Origin: Pseudobdellovibrionaceae bacterium
GTDB taxonomy: Bacteria; Bdellovibrionota; Bdellovibrionia; Bdellovibrionales; UBA1609
Direction: 5' to 3'
DNA length: 37,099 nt
Assembly (NCBI GenBank): GCA_030591685.1
Contig: JAUVAX010000025.1
Coordinates: 1 to 37,099 of the forward strand
How positions within the stretch are numbered: the stretch's first letter is position 1; each line of letters begins with the position of its first letter. Made by a program: the position numbers and the translations under genes. Under the pieces are notes generated by a model. The model did no database searches. It worked only from the letters and a program-made list of their open reading frames with translations, and was not told the DNA's origin. Below, piece after piece: positions 9,346-19,574 of the stretch.

Positions 9346-10287
9346 ATGAGTATTGAAAAAACCCAATTTACTAAAACATACCCTCTACAGGCCCTGTATG
9401 AAAAAACAGGTAAAAAAATATTTCAAACCCCTCAAGGGGCTGTGGCTTATGAGGCCACTCGTTATGCCCATGTTGTCGCTGGGGACCCAATTGTTGTCAC
9501 TAACGGTTGTTTAACCACACTGATGTCTGATTTTGATAAGTACTCAAAAGAGCGCGATAAGGTTGTTTGTGGGTACTATTTCTCAGAAGAGTTTAAAAAA
9601 AGTAGCGATAAAAAATTTATCACCCTAGGTACGTCGGGGTTTTTAAAACTACAAACCTTTGACACCAAAGGCCCTGAGAGAAAATACGTCCGTAGGGCGC
9701 TAAATTTTGGTAACAATAAAAACTACAGCTTTAAAGAGATCCCTCAAAGTAAAAAGGGCAGTTACTTGAGCCGGGTTAAAAAACTCGAAAGCCAGTGGTT
9801 TTCAAAAAAAAAGAGGCCTCGTATTGGTTTTTTGCTCTCACGAGCTAAGCTACAATACCGTTTGAGCCATTATGAGAGATGGTTTGTTGTAGAGAACGAC
9901 CTGGGTCATTTAGGGGCCTTTGTTTCGGTCGTACCTTATAATGACAATAAAAATTACTACATAGACCACATGTTTTATAACCCTGAACAGGGTAGCCGAA
10001 TGTCTCTTGATTTTTTATTAGCTCAATTAATTTTAATGTTAAAAAATCAAAAGGTTGAAGAGCTTTATTTTGGCTTAAATGCTTTTAACAACCGTAACCC
10101 TAAATACTTATTAGAGTGGGGCCTGTCTTTTTTATGGAGAAGCTCTTTAGTATACAACGCCAGGGGTGTTTATTTTTTTAAGTCTAAATTTTTTGACTTA
10201 GAGGTCCCTAGGTACATTATGTTAGACCAACAAAAAAGCCTATTAAAACAATACGCTGCCTTAGGGGCAGTTACTTTTATGCATTAA
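9346..10287 (+). CDS. Stand-alone MprF C-terminal-like (DUF2156) tRNA-dependent aminoacyl transferase domain
   Basis: VVAGDP, a GNAT-like core (GAFVSVVP..YYID), and YNARGVYFFKSKF..PRY matching the MprF YNFxGLxxFKxKF..PRY tail. No multi-TM flippase domain is present. Confidence 0.7.
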   Translation: MSIEKTQFTKTYPLQALYEKTGKKIFQTPQGAVAYEATRYAHVVAGDPIVVTNGCLTTLMSDFDKYSKERDKVVCGYYFSEEFKKSSDKKFITLGTSGFLKLQTFDTKGPERKYVRRALNFGNNKNYSFKEIPQSKKGSYLSRVKKLESQWFSKKKRPRIGFLLSRAKLQYRLSHYERWFVVENDLGHLGAFVSVVPYNDNKNYYIDHMFYNPEQGSRMSLDFLLAQLILMLKNQKVEELYFGLNAFNNRNPKYLLEWGLSFLWRSSLVYNARGVYFFKSKFFDLEVPRYIMLDQQKSLLKQYAALGAVTFMH

Positions 10288-10533
10288 AGGTTTTAGCTTA
10301 ACGACAGCTTTAGTTGTTGGCGTAACTTTTATAGTAAAGCTTAAGTATAAAAAAAGCTAAATAACAAAAATGCGACCTTAGATCGAATGGGCTACAAACA
10401 TTAACCGTAAAAAGCCTATAAAACCCAAGTCAAATCATTGAAATTACAGCACACATTATTTTAAATAAAGTGATTAGATAAATGACATTGTAAAGGTTGT
10501 TTACAGTGTAGTGGCTGTTTTTAGGGGGTAGAG

Positions 10534-10550
10534 TTGGTCTGTTGTTTGCA
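10534..10550 (+). promoter_or_regulatory. Putative sigma54 -24/-12 promoter
   Basis: TTGGTCTGTTGTTTGCA has correct GG-N10-GC spacing and a TTGCA -12 element. Confidence 0.45.
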
Positions 10551-10634
10551 GTTAATGAGTGTAACCCGTATGTATCCTCGTAAAAAAGAACGGCCTTTAA
10601 AGGGGGCTTAAAAAATAACTCAGGAGGTACATAA

Positions 10635-11201
10635 ATGTTACTTAAGTATAAAACTCAAATGCTATTTTCATTGTTTGTTATTATGGGCATGTTGATTTTT
10701 ATCACAAAGGGCTTTAGAGATACAAGTCAAAAAAACAATAATCCCACAACTACAAAAAAAATAAGCCAAAAAGTAAAAGTCTTTAAAACAGTGATCCCTA
10801 TGTATAGTTATAAGTCAGATCATAGCAATGCCAAAAGGTTAAATAACGCCATCGTTGACCCTAAGCTTGTGCACATATTTTTTAAACCCACGTCAATATA
10901 CACTCGTGTATCTTTAAAGTGCTGTAAAGTTATAGACAATGAGGGGACTTTAGTTAACGAGTCCGTTATAGAGTATTTTAATAAAAAATTACCCATACGT
11001 TTTGCTCTAGATTTATCAGCGGCTGAGGGCGAGGTTCGTGAGCTTTCAGTGGATGCTAAAGATAAACACGGGAGATATGACAGCTACAGCTTTGTGTACA
11101 GAGTGGGGAGTAAAAGTGTATTACAAAAACTCAGTGATGAGGGCCTGAGCGAGCCTAAAAAGATCCTCTCAGCAGATGCTAATTCAGATTTTTTAAACTA
11201 A
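10635..11201 (+). CDS. Hypothetical membrane-anchored protein
   Basis: AGGAGG SD, N-terminal TM helix, beta-rich C-terminal part. Confidence 0.75.
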   Translation: MLLKYKTQMLFSLFVIMGMLIFITKGFRDTSQKNNNPTTTKKISQKVKVFKTVIPMYSYKSDHSNAKRLNNAIVDPKLVHIFFKPTSIYTRVSLKCCKVIDNEGTLVNESVIEYFNKKLPIRFALDLSAAEGEVRELSVDAKDKHGRYDSYSFVYRVGSKSVLQKLSDEGLSEPKKILSADANSDFLN

Positions 11202-12251
11202 AAATTTATTTTTTAGTTTAGTCAGGGTTTTTTTCATTTCAGGGAGGCTTGCAATAAGTGCAATAGACCTGATGGCGTCACGGTGGAGTTGTATTGGATA
11301 CCCGGCATAGTTGCCTGATTTAACAATAGACTTTGTAGCGGTGGTATTAGCGGCCAATTGAACATTATCACAAATTGTTATGTGGCCGTTAATAGAGGTG
11401 CGACCGCCGGCCACAAAGTTACTGCCAATGGTTACGCTACCAGCGGTGATAAACCCGGCTGTAATCAGACTATTTTTACCGACTTTAAAATTATGAGCTA
11501 TATGGCAGTGATTATCTATTTTTGTGCCCTCGCTTATGAGGGTGTCCCCATACGTGCTACGGTCAATAGATGTATTGGCCCCTATCTGCACTCGGTCTTC
11601 AAGTATAACTTTACCGTAGTGGGGGATGTGCATATGCTCGCCTTTTTCATTGGGGGCGTAGCCATAGCCAGCAGTACCAATAGTTGAATTGGGTTGAACC
11701 TCACAGTTCGCACCAATTTGGGTGTTGAGCCCTATAAAAACTTGAGCATGAAGGTGAGTATTATCACCAAGGCTTGTGCCCGCCTCAACAACCGTGTTGG
11801 CGCCGATAAAACAGCCCTTACCCACCCGGACCCCTTTATGTATTACGGCATTAGGGTTAATTATAGTGCCCTCACCGATTTCAGCTGAAGGGTCAATAAC
11901 AGCTGTGGGGTGTAGTTTAATGTGGTTAAACTCGCCCTTGTTTAAAGTAACAGGGTAAAAGCGCTCATTAATCAGAGCCATGGCAAGCATGACATTTTTA
12001 CACGTAAACACAGTGCAGTTTTTTAAATGCTCTTCGGCAAAAGCAGAATACTTGGGGTTAATAATGACAACTTTGGGCTTTGATTTATTAACTAAAGAGA
12101 GGGATTTTTCACTATTAAGGTAAATAATTACATTCTCTAGAGCCGAGTCACTGTTGTCGGGGCCACTCACTTGAAGCTGTAGGTCCCCAAAAAGTGGCAG
12201 CAAGAGCTGCTTAAATGGCTCAAGGATGTCTTTGGCGGTGATTTTATTCAT
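11193..12251 (-). CDS. lpxD: UDP-3-O-(3-hydroxyacyl)glucosamine N-acyltransferase
   Basis: Hexapeptide repeats plus GYGY, IGANTSIDR and KIDNHCHIAHN motifs. Confidence 0.93.
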   Translation of the reverse strand: MNKITAKDILEPFKQLLLPLFGDLQLQVSGPDNSDSALENVIIYLNSEKSLSLVNKSKPKVVIINPKYSAFAEEHLKNCTVFTCKNVMLAMALINERFYPVTLNKGEFNHIKLHPTAVIDPSAEIGEGTIINPNAVIHKGVRVGKGCFIGANTVVEAGTSLGDNTHLHAQVFIGLNTQIGANCEVQPNSTIGTAGYGYAPNEKGEHMHIPHYGKVILEDRVQIGANTSIDRSTYGDTLISEGTKIDNHCHIAHNFKVGKNSLITAGFITAGSVTIGSNFVAGGRTSINGHITICDNVQLAANTTATKSIVKSGNYAGYPIQLHRDAIRSIALIASLPEMKKTLTKLKNKFLV

Positions 12252-12449
12252 TATTAAACCCCTTAAAGTAATAGGTTTTTATATCTTTGTCTGAGCGAAT
12301 TACCTATTGATGATACGAGGCATTATTAATGATGTATATTAACGGGCATTTATTTGATATGACAGTTGCTACTAAACGCTAAAAAAACTGTGTAAACGCT
12401 GGAAACGACGATTAATTTACGGTATTACTTGTCTGCTAAGGGGATCTAA

Positions 12450-12857
12450 ATGGCTAAGAAGACAAAAAAAGTCGCAAAAAAAGTAACAAAAAAAGCGACA
12501 AAAAAAGTAACAGCTAAGGCTAAAAAGGTCGTAACTAAGGCTAAAAAAACTGTAAAAAAAGTAGCGGCCGTTGACAAAGAAGTTGTGCCTAAAAAGAAAA
12601 AGGCTAAAAAGAAAACCAAAGCTGTTTTAAAGTTAGAGGCCGAAAGTGCCGAACTTCAAAGAAAGTGGATGGCTATTTATAGAAAGCATTCAAAGGGACC
12701 CTCAAGAGCTTATAATATGTCTGAGTCCTTTGAGCCAAAAACCCCAATAGAGCACAAAATACATGGCTGGGGTTTTGTGTTAAAAAATATAAATGATCGG
12801 TTAGAAATTTTGTTCGAATCGGGTATAAAAGTTTTAATCTCAAATTATAAAAGGTAA
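12450..12857 (+). CDS. Lys/Ala-rich (histone H1-like) N-terminus fused to a small beta domain
   Basis: KKVAKKVTKKATKK repeats, followed by IEHKIHGWGFV..RLEILFESGIKVL. Confidence 0.75.
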   Translation: MAKKTKKVAKKVTKKATKKVTAKAKKVVTKAKKTVKKVAAVDKEVVPKKKKAKKKTKAVLKLEAESAELQRKWMAIYRKHSKGPSRAYNMSESFEPKTPIEHKIHGWGFVLKNINDRLEILFESGIKVLISNYKR

Positions 12858-12870
12858 AGGTTTTAAATAT

Positions 12871-13089
12871 ATGGCTAAAGATGATTTGGCACAATTAGAA
12901 GGTAAAGTTATAGATGCAGGTGCTGGCGGCCTATATAAAATTAAGCTAGAAAACGAAGTTGAAATACGAGCCAAGCTGTGCGGTAAAATGCGACGTTTTA
13001 ATATCAGAGTAGTTGTTGGTGACCGTGTAACTATTGGAGTATCCCCGTATGATCCCACTCACGGCCTCATTATGTATCGTCATAAATAA
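12871..13089 (+). CDS. infA: Translation initiation factor IF-1
   Basis: MAKDD..LEGKV..GKMRRFNIRVVVGDRV..SPYD..G.I.YR, 72 aa. Confidence 0.96.
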   Translation: MAKDDLAQLEGKVIDAGAGGLYKIKLENEVEIRAKLCGKMRRFNIRVVVGDRVTIGVSPYDPTHGLIMYRHK

Positions 13090-13104
13090 TTATTTGGTGA
13101 ATCT

Positions 13105-15525
13105 ATGCCCATTATAGCCAGTGATAATTTAAAAACCTATTTTCATAAAAAAACTAAAGGTATACCAATAAAAGGTATTGAGTCTGTTTTGGCCCTATCT
13201 GAAGAAGGGGCCACAGTCCCCTTTATTGCCCGGTACCGAAAAGAAAAAACAGGCAACCTCGACGAAGTCCAAATACGTGACATTGTAAATGGATATGAAA
13301 ACTGGCAAGAACTGGTTAAGAGAAAAGAGTTTATTTTAGTTGAAGTGGCCAAGCAGGGTAATTTAACTGACATTTTAGAAAAACAAATTAAAGAGACTTT
13401 TGAAATGGCAGAGCTTGAAGAGCTCTACAGACCCTTTAAGCGAAAAAGAAAAACAAAAGCAACCTTGGCTCGCGAGGCTGGCATTGAACCCTTAGCTGAT
13501 TGGATCTGGGCCCTTGGGCATGGTGAGCTTGAGGACTCAATGAGTGTTGAGGTTAAATCAAAAGATTTCTTAAACTCAAAAGCAGGTTTTGCAAAGTACG
13601 ATGAAGTCCTAAAAGGGGCGCATCACATTATTGTTGAGCGATTAAGTAATGATGCTGACTTAAGAAAGCTCGTTCGCGATGAGTACCAAAAAAATGCAAA
13701 AATTATTTGCGAAAAAGGCCCTAAGTTTAAAGAAAAATCAAAATTTGAAATGTATGCTGAGTTTTCAGACTCTATTAAAAACTTAATGTCTGAAAAGGCT
13801 TCGCATAGGTATTTAGCTTTAAGACGTGGGTGGCAAGAAACAGAGTTAAAAGTTAAAATGCAAGCCGACGATGAAAAGCTGTTGTTGAGCTTTGAAGGCG
13901 TGGCTTTAACAAAGCCTGATTCGCAAACGGCGAGCTTTTTAAAGTTTTGTGCCAAGGCGGCCATGACGGTGCATGTGTTGCCCTCTATTGTTAGTGAGCT
14001 ACATAGGGTTTTAAAGACATCCTCAGATGTACACGCTATAAATGTATTTGCCCAAAACGTACGTAAAGTTTTAATGGCGAGTCCGTTTGGTGCTAAAGTT
14101 GTTTTAGGTATTGACCCCGGTATTAGGACTGGTTGCAAAGTGGCCCTTGTTGATGATTCGGGTAATTTTATTTCACACACAGTGCTTTATACAAACGGTG
14201 ATGGAGCAAAAGAAACGGCTAAAAAATTATTTTCTGAGGTTACAAAACAAATACAAATCAAAGCCATAGCCGTAGGTAACGGCACGGCCGGTCGAGAGAC
14301 TGAAAAGTTTATATCTGATATTTTTAAAGAAATGAAAATTGAAGTCCCTCTTGTTTTAGTGAACGAGTCGGGGGCCAGTATTTACTCGGCCAGTGATATT
14401 GCTCGCGAGGAGTTCCCAGAGTTAGACTTAACCATCAGGGGGGCAATTTCAATTGCTCGTCGGTTGCAGGACCCTTTAGCTGAGCTTGTAAAAATTGACC
14501 CCAAAAGTATTGGGGTGGGTCAGTATCAACATGATGTTTCACAAACCTTTTTAAAAAAATCACTTCATGAAGTTGTAGAGTCTTGCGTGAATACGGTGGG
14601 TGTTAATTTAAATACCGCATCCAGCTCTTTGCTTCAGTATGTGGCTGGTATTGGGCCGGCTATTGCTCAAAGTATTGTTGAGTACCGAAAAGAGAACGGC
14701 CTTTTTAATGAACGTGGTGATTTACTAAAAGTTAATAAAATATCGGATAAAGTTTTTGAGCAAAGCGTGGGCTTTTTGAGGTTACCAAAGTCTAAAGTTC
14801 CTCTGGATGCTACAGGGGTTCATCCTGAAAAGTATCATGCCGTTCAAGACATGGCTAAAGAGGCAGGCTTAAGTGTGAGTAAGTTAATGGGCCAAGCCAA
14901 AGCTGTTTTAGATAAAGAAAAGTGGTCCCACCTGCTAGGGCAGTTTACCTTTGAAGACATTGTTAAAGAGTTAGACAGCCCCAGTCGTGACCCCAGAGAC
15001 CCCTTTAAGGTGTTTAAATTTCGTGAAGACATACATGAGGTCAAAGATTTAAAAGAGGGCATGATGTGCCCAGGCATTGTAACTAATGTCACAAACTTTG
15101 GCGCTTTTGTAGATGTAGGTGTGCACCAAGATGGCCTCGTACATATTTCTGAACTTTCGTTTGAGTTTATTGACGACCCCAAAAAGGTGGTCAGCCCTGG
15201 TGACCAGGTTCAGGTTAAGGTTTTAAAAGTAGATACAGATAAATCACAGGTATCACTCTCTATGTTAGTTGGCGAAAAGCCAAAAACTCCCGCTGTAGCA
15301 AAAAAGAGTACAGTTCAAAGTACCAGGCCTAGTGCAAAAGGCGGGCGTGGCCCAGGTGGCAGCACAAATAAAAGGCCTGGCGGTGGGTATAAAGGTAAGG
15401 CCTCTAATAAAAGGGGTGCAAGGCCTAAGGGAAAACCAAATACAAGACCTGATAGACCTAAACGACCATCGTTTGGCAACAACCCGTTTGCCGATTTAGC
15501 TTCGCAGTTAAAGGGATCTAAATAA
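13105..15525 (+). CDS. tex: Tex family transcriptional accessory protein
   Basis: EGATVPFIARYRKEKTG, YqgF-like GIDPGIRTGCK, DPKSIGVGQYQHDV, a C-terminal S1 domain and a basic tail. Confidence 0.95.
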   Translation: MPIIASDNLKTYFHKKTKGIPIKGIESVLALSEEGATVPFIARYRKEKTGNLDEVQIRDIVNGYENWQELVKRKEFILVEVAKQGNLTDILEKQIKETFEMAELEELYRPFKRKRKTKATLAREAGIEPLADWIWALGHGELEDSMSVEVKSKDFLNSKAGFAKYDEVLKGAHHIIVERLSNDADLRKLVRDEYQKNAKIICEKGPKFKEKSKFEMYAEFSDSIKNLMSEKASHRYLALRRGWQETELKVKMQADDEKLLLSFEGVALTKPDSQTASFLKFCAKAAMTVHVLPSIVSELHRVLKTSSDVHAINVFAQNVRKVLMASPFGAKVVLGIDPGIRTGCKVALVDDSGNFISHTVLYTNGDGAKETAKKLFSEVTKQIQIKAIAVGNGTAGRETEKFISDIFKEMKIEVPLVLVNESGASIYSASDIAREEFPELDLTIRGAISIARRLQDPLAELVKIDPKSIGVGQYQHDVSQTFLKKSLHEVVESCVNTVGVNLNTASSSLLQYVAGIGPAIAQSIVEYRKENGLFNERGDLLKVNKISDKVFEQSVGFLRLPKSKVPLDATGVHPEKYHAVQDMAKEAGLSVSKLMGQAKAVLDKEKWSHLLGQFTFEDIVKELDSPSRDPRDPFKVFKFREDIHEVKDLKEGMMCPGIVTNVTNFGAFVDVGVHQDGLVHISELSFEFIDDPKKVVSPGDQVQVKVLKVDTDKSQVSLSMLVGEKPKTPAVAKKSTVQSTRPSAKGGRGPGGSTNKRPGGGYKGKASNKRGARPKGKPNTRPDRPKRPSFGNNPFADLASQLKGSK

Positions 15526-15538
15526 TAAAAATTATTTT

Positions 15539-16321
15539 TTATTTTGTTAAAAGTTTGTTCGCAAACTCAACAAAGCCCTTGGCCCCTTGAGAGGGGGTTA
15601 TAAAAGCGGGTGGGTTTTTGAGTTCATTTATAAACTGAGATATGTTTTCTACAGCAAATGAGTGATTAAAAAAGGCAAACATGGGTTCGTCATTAGGGGA
15701 GTCGCCTATAAAGGCACACTCGTCAATAATGCTCTCTAGACTTTTATTAAACTCTCGCTCACAAAAGGTCTTACACATGGAGAGCTTGTCATGGTCCCCA
15801 AACCACCCGTTCACGTGGATAGAGCTGACTTTGGCTTGAGCGCCATGAGATTTAAAAATAGCCACAATTTTTTGTACGTCCTTTTTGCTGAGGGCTGGGA
15901 CATCCTCAGAAAAATCAATGGCCAAATCAATTTGTCGGCAAAATTGATCAGAGGCAACACCGGCTCCGGGTACTTGTTTTAAAACGTCACTCTTAATAAG
16001 CTCTAATTTTTTTTGATGCTCAGGCCTTAGGCTTTCAGGCTGAGCGTAGTGACGGGTCATTTCGTTGTTTTTATGCTTAAAGTACAGCCCGCCATTTTCA
16101 CCAATGACTCCTGCTACGGGCCAAAAACGGGCTATCATTTCGCACCACCCTGCTGGGCGGCCCGTGACCGGTATAACCTGAAGGCCCGAATCGTATAAAT
16201 CCCAAAGTGCTTTATAAGATTGAGCGGGGAGTTTACCTTTGGTCGTTAAAGTGTCATCAATGTCGGTAAATACATATTTAATATGAGACGGACTAAAATC
16301 ACTGAGCTGCTTCATTGTCAT
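15539..16321 (-). CDS. HAD-IIB family hydrolase
   Basis: Motifs DIDDT, VTGRPAGW, ENGG and GDSPND. Confidence 0.9.
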   Translation of the reverse strand: MTMKQLSDFSPSHIKYVFTDIDDTLTTKGKLPAQSYKALWDLYDSGLQVIPVTGRPAGWCEMIARFWPVAGVIGENGGLYFKHKNNEMTRHYAQPESLRPEHQKKLELIKSDVLKQVPGAGVASDQFCRQIDLAIDFSEDVPALSKKDVQKIVAIFKSHGAQAKVSSIHVNGWFGDHDKLSMCKTFCEREFNKSLESIIDECAFIGDSPNDEPMFAFFNHSFAVENISQFINELKNPPAFITPSQGAKGFVEFANKLLTK

Positions 16322-16747
16322 AAAACCTTTTATGAGGGTTAGTAGGCTTGGTATTAAAAATACTACAGTTTTTTAAAAAGAGTAATACGTGTGATGTGCA
16401 TTTTTGTTTTTTAAGGACTTTAATAGTTAAAAATTAATTTCAGTTGAGATTAGCATTTAAAATGTATGTTAAAAAAAACGGCACAAGCTGTGATCATTAA
16501 AGTGATGTGGGGCTAAACGATAAAAAAAGATACAGACTAAGATCTTGTTTTAATCACTTGGTGGCATGAGCGTTTTAGGGGGTTAATTTATTATATACCG
16601 GTGATTTAGGGGCCGTGAGCCTCATAATGTAGGGTCGCTGACGCGAGGCTTCAAAAAAAAACTGGTTGCAACTCAAGTCATTTACGTTGAATTTAAGTAT
16701 AGAATTAGCACTATATATATAGACGGCTGTAGGCCGCGGAGTGATTG

Positions 16748-19432
16748 ATGGCAAAAAAGACGTTAGTGGTAGTGGAGTCTCCAACTAAAGCGAGAACTAT
16801 AAAAAAGTTTTTAGGTAAAGACTATGTGGTTGAATCCTGTATGGGACATGTAAGGGACTTGCCTCAGTCGGCAAAAGATATCCCCGAAAAGTTTAAAAAA
16901 TTACCATGGTCAAATTTAGGCGTGAATGTAGATAAAGATTTTGACCCGATTTATTGTATCCCAAAAAATAAAACTAAAATTGTTAAAGAATTAAAAGCAT
17001 TACTTAAAGATGCTGATGAACTCATTCTCGCAACGGACGAAGATCGTGAAGGGGAGAGCATCAGTTGGCACCTACTTGAGTTACTTAACCCGAAGGTTCC
17101 GGTAAAAAGAATGGTGTTTCATGAAATCACAAAAAAAGCCATTCAAGAGGCCATAGATAATTGCCGCGAAGTAGATATGAATTTAGTAAAAGCTCAAGAG
17201 GCCAGAAGGGTGCTCGACCGCTTGGTGGGTTACACTATTTCGCCACTACTTTGGAAAAAGGTAGCCTATGGGCTCTCTGCTGGTCGAGTGCAATCGGTGG
17301 CGGTGAGGTTAATTGTTGAAAAAGAACATGAGCGTCTGAAGTTTAAGCAGTCCAAGTACTGGGGTGTTTACTCAAATTGTGAAAAGACAAAAGTAAAATT
17401 TGAAGCCAAACTGATTGAGGTGGATGGTAAAAAAATTGCTACAGGTAAAGACTTTGACCCCGATACGGGCCAGTTAAAAGACTCATCTAAAATGATTCAC
17501 ATTGAAGAAAAGCGAGCTCTAACTATTGTTGATGAAATTAAAGGTAAACCTTGGGCCGTCACCGAGGTTGAAGAGAGGCCGGTTTCAAGAAAGCCCGCTC
17601 CACCTTTTATCACCTCAACACTTCAGCAAGATGCCAACAGAAAGCTAGGCCTTTCGGCAAGAGAGACTATGAGTGTGGCTCAAAAGCTTTATGAGCGTGG
17701 TTTTATCACTTATATGCGTACTGATTCGACCAACCTTTCAAATCAAGCCATAGAGGCCTCAAGGGCTTGCATTAAAGATTTATATGGCAGTAAGTATTTA
17801 CCAGAAAAACCGAGAGAGTATAATAAAAAGAAATCCAAAGGGGCTCAAGAGGCGCATGAGGCTATCCGCCCCGCCGGAGTAGAGTTTGTAAAGCCAGAGG
17901 ACACCAGTTTAAAAAGCTCTCAGCTTGCTTTATATGATTTAATTTGGAAGCGAACAGTAGCCTGCCAAATGGTGAATGCTCAGCAAAACCAAGTGGGTGT
18001 TAAATTTAGCGTGGGCGAGGCAACGTTTAGTGCTTCGGGTATGACGATTGTATTCCCTGGGTTTTTAAAAGCCTACGTAGAGGGTAAAGACGACCCTGAA
18101 GGTGCTTTAGAGGACAGAGAGGTCAGGCTCCCTAAACTTAAAAAAGGCGATGGGGTTGAGTGTTTAGAGACCACCCCAAAAGAGCACGAGACTAAACCCC
18201 CGGCAAGGTACACAGAGGCCGGCTTAGTGCAAAAAATGGAAAAAGAGGGCATTGGTCGACCCTCTACCTATGCTTCTATTATTGGTACAATTCAAGATAG
18301 AGGGTACGCAAGAAAGGTCGGTAACACCCTAGTACCCACCTTCACGGCACTTGTTGTGGTAAAACTGTTGAGGCAATATTTGCCCCAGTATGTAGATTTA
18401 GGGTTTACCTCTGAAATGGAGAAATCTTTAGATAATATTGCCCAAGGAGACTTAGATCAGGTTAAGTATTTAAAAGGGGTTTACTTTGGAAAGACCGGCT
18501 TAAAAGAGCAGGTTGAAGCCCAAGAAAAAGAAATAAAGCCTGAGGAGAGTCGACAAATTACACTCGTTGGCCTTGAAGGCTTAAGTTTTAGAGTGGGTCG
18601 ATTTGGTGCTTATGTTTGCCGTATAGAGTCTACGGGGGAAGAAGTCTGTGCCTCTATACCAGATGGCAGCTCACCGGCTGAAATGACCATAGAGCTTGCG
18701 AATAAATTTATTGATCAAAAAATAAGTGGCAACGATGCTTTAGGGGAAGACCCCGAATCTGGTTTGCCGATTTTTGCCCTTTCAGGTCGTTACGGGCCCT
18801 ATGTTCAGCTTGGCGATGCTGCTGAAATAGAAAAGCCTAAGCGAATGGCTTTGCCTGCGACTTGGGAGTTAGAAGAAATAGACATACCAAAAGCTTTATT
18901 TTTATTAAGTCTACCAAAAACATTAGGGGAGCACCCAGAAACAAAAAAGGTCGTAAAAGTTGGAATCGGTCGATTTGGTCCCTATGTGGTTCATGATGGA
19001 GATTTTAGGTCTGTTAATAAAGCTGAAGACTTAAGAACTGTAGATTTTGCTTTTGCAATGAACCTTCTAAGCCAAGAAAAAAAGGGTCGCGGCAAAAGAG
19101 CTCCTTTGAAAGTACTAGGCGCTCACCCTGAGACAGGCGATGAGATGCAAGTTTTAACAGGCCGGTACGGCCCCTATATAAAATGTGGCAAGGTTAACGT
19201 TTCACTCCCTGAAGAGCAAAAGCCAGAGGACACCACTGTAGAGCAAGCTCTTGAACTCTTAAAAGAGCGACTAGAGAAGGCAACAAAAAAGAAAAAAGCG
19301 AAAAAGAAAACCGCAAAAAAGAAGGTTGCCAAAAAAGCAGCCAAAAAAACAACGACAAAGAAAACCAAAAAAACAGCTAAGAAAACCGCAAAAAAGAAGG
19401 TTGTTATTAGGAGAGAGGCCTCTACGAGTTAA
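16748..19432 (+). CDS. topA: DNA topoisomerase I
   Basis: VESPTKA, ATDEDREGE, SAGRVQS, catalytic ITYMRTD and GIGRPSTYA; four GR(F/Y)GxY C-terminal repeats and a Lys-rich tail. Confidence 0.97.
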   Translation: MAKKTLVVVESPTKARTIKKFLGKDYVVESCMGHVRDLPQSAKDIPEKFKKLPWSNLGVNVDKDFDPIYCIPKNKTKIVKELKALLKDADELILATDEDREGESISWHLLELLNPKVPVKRMVFHEITKKAIQEAIDNCREVDMNLVKAQEARRVLDRLVGYTISPLLWKKVAYGLSAGRVQSVAVRLIVEKEHERLKFKQSKYWGVYSNCEKTKVKFEAKLIEVDGKKIATGKDFDPDTGQLKDSSKMIHIEEKRALTIVDEIKGKPWAVTEVEERPVSRKPAPPFITSTLQQDANRKLGLSARETMSVAQKLYERGFITYMRTDSTNLSNQAIEASRACIKDLYGSKYLPEKPREYNKKKSKGAQEAHEAIRPAGVEFVKPEDTSLKSSQLALYDLIWKRTVACQMVNAQQNQVGVKFSVGEATFSASGMTIVFPGFLKAYVEGKDDPEGALEDREVRLPKLKKGDGVECLETTPKEHETKPPARYTEAGLVQKMEKEGIGRPSTYASIIGTIQDRGYARKVGNTLVPTFTALVVVKLLRQYLPQYVDLGFTSEMEKSLDNIAQGDLDQVKYLKGVYFGKTGLKEQVEAQEKEIKPEESRQITLVGLEGLSFRVGRFGAYVCRIESTGEEVCASIPDGSSPAEMTIELANKFIDQKISGNDALGEDPESGLPIFALSGRYGPYVQLGDAAEIEKPKRMALPATWELEEIDIPKALFLLSLPKTLGEHPETKKVVKVGIGRFGPYVVHDGDFRSVNKAEDLRTVDFAFAMNLLSQEKKGRGKRAPLKVLGAHPETGDEMQVLTGRYGPYIKCGKVNVSLPEEQKPEDTTVEQALELLKERLEKATKKKKAKKKTAKKKVAKKAAKKTTTKKTKKTAKKTAKKKVVIRREASTS

Positions 19433-19574
19433 TGTTTTTTAACGGTCAGAGGCCGCAAGAGCCTTTAAATCAACTTTGATAGCCTAAGTATAGAGTTAAA
19501 ATTACACACCCCATTGTGTTTTACCCCTCATTTTGTTAGTAATTTTTAATTAAGCAAGAGAGGGGGTTGTCCTT

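Noticed and set aside
16479..16497. sigma54 site upstream of topA (CGGCACAAGCTGTGA)
   Set aside because: The -12 dinucleotide is GA rather than GC, and topA is far downstream.
16708..16724. NrdR box upstream of topA
   Set aside because: The core is CTATATATATAG (12 bp), two bases longer than the CwAtATaTwG core, and there is no convincing tandem partner.
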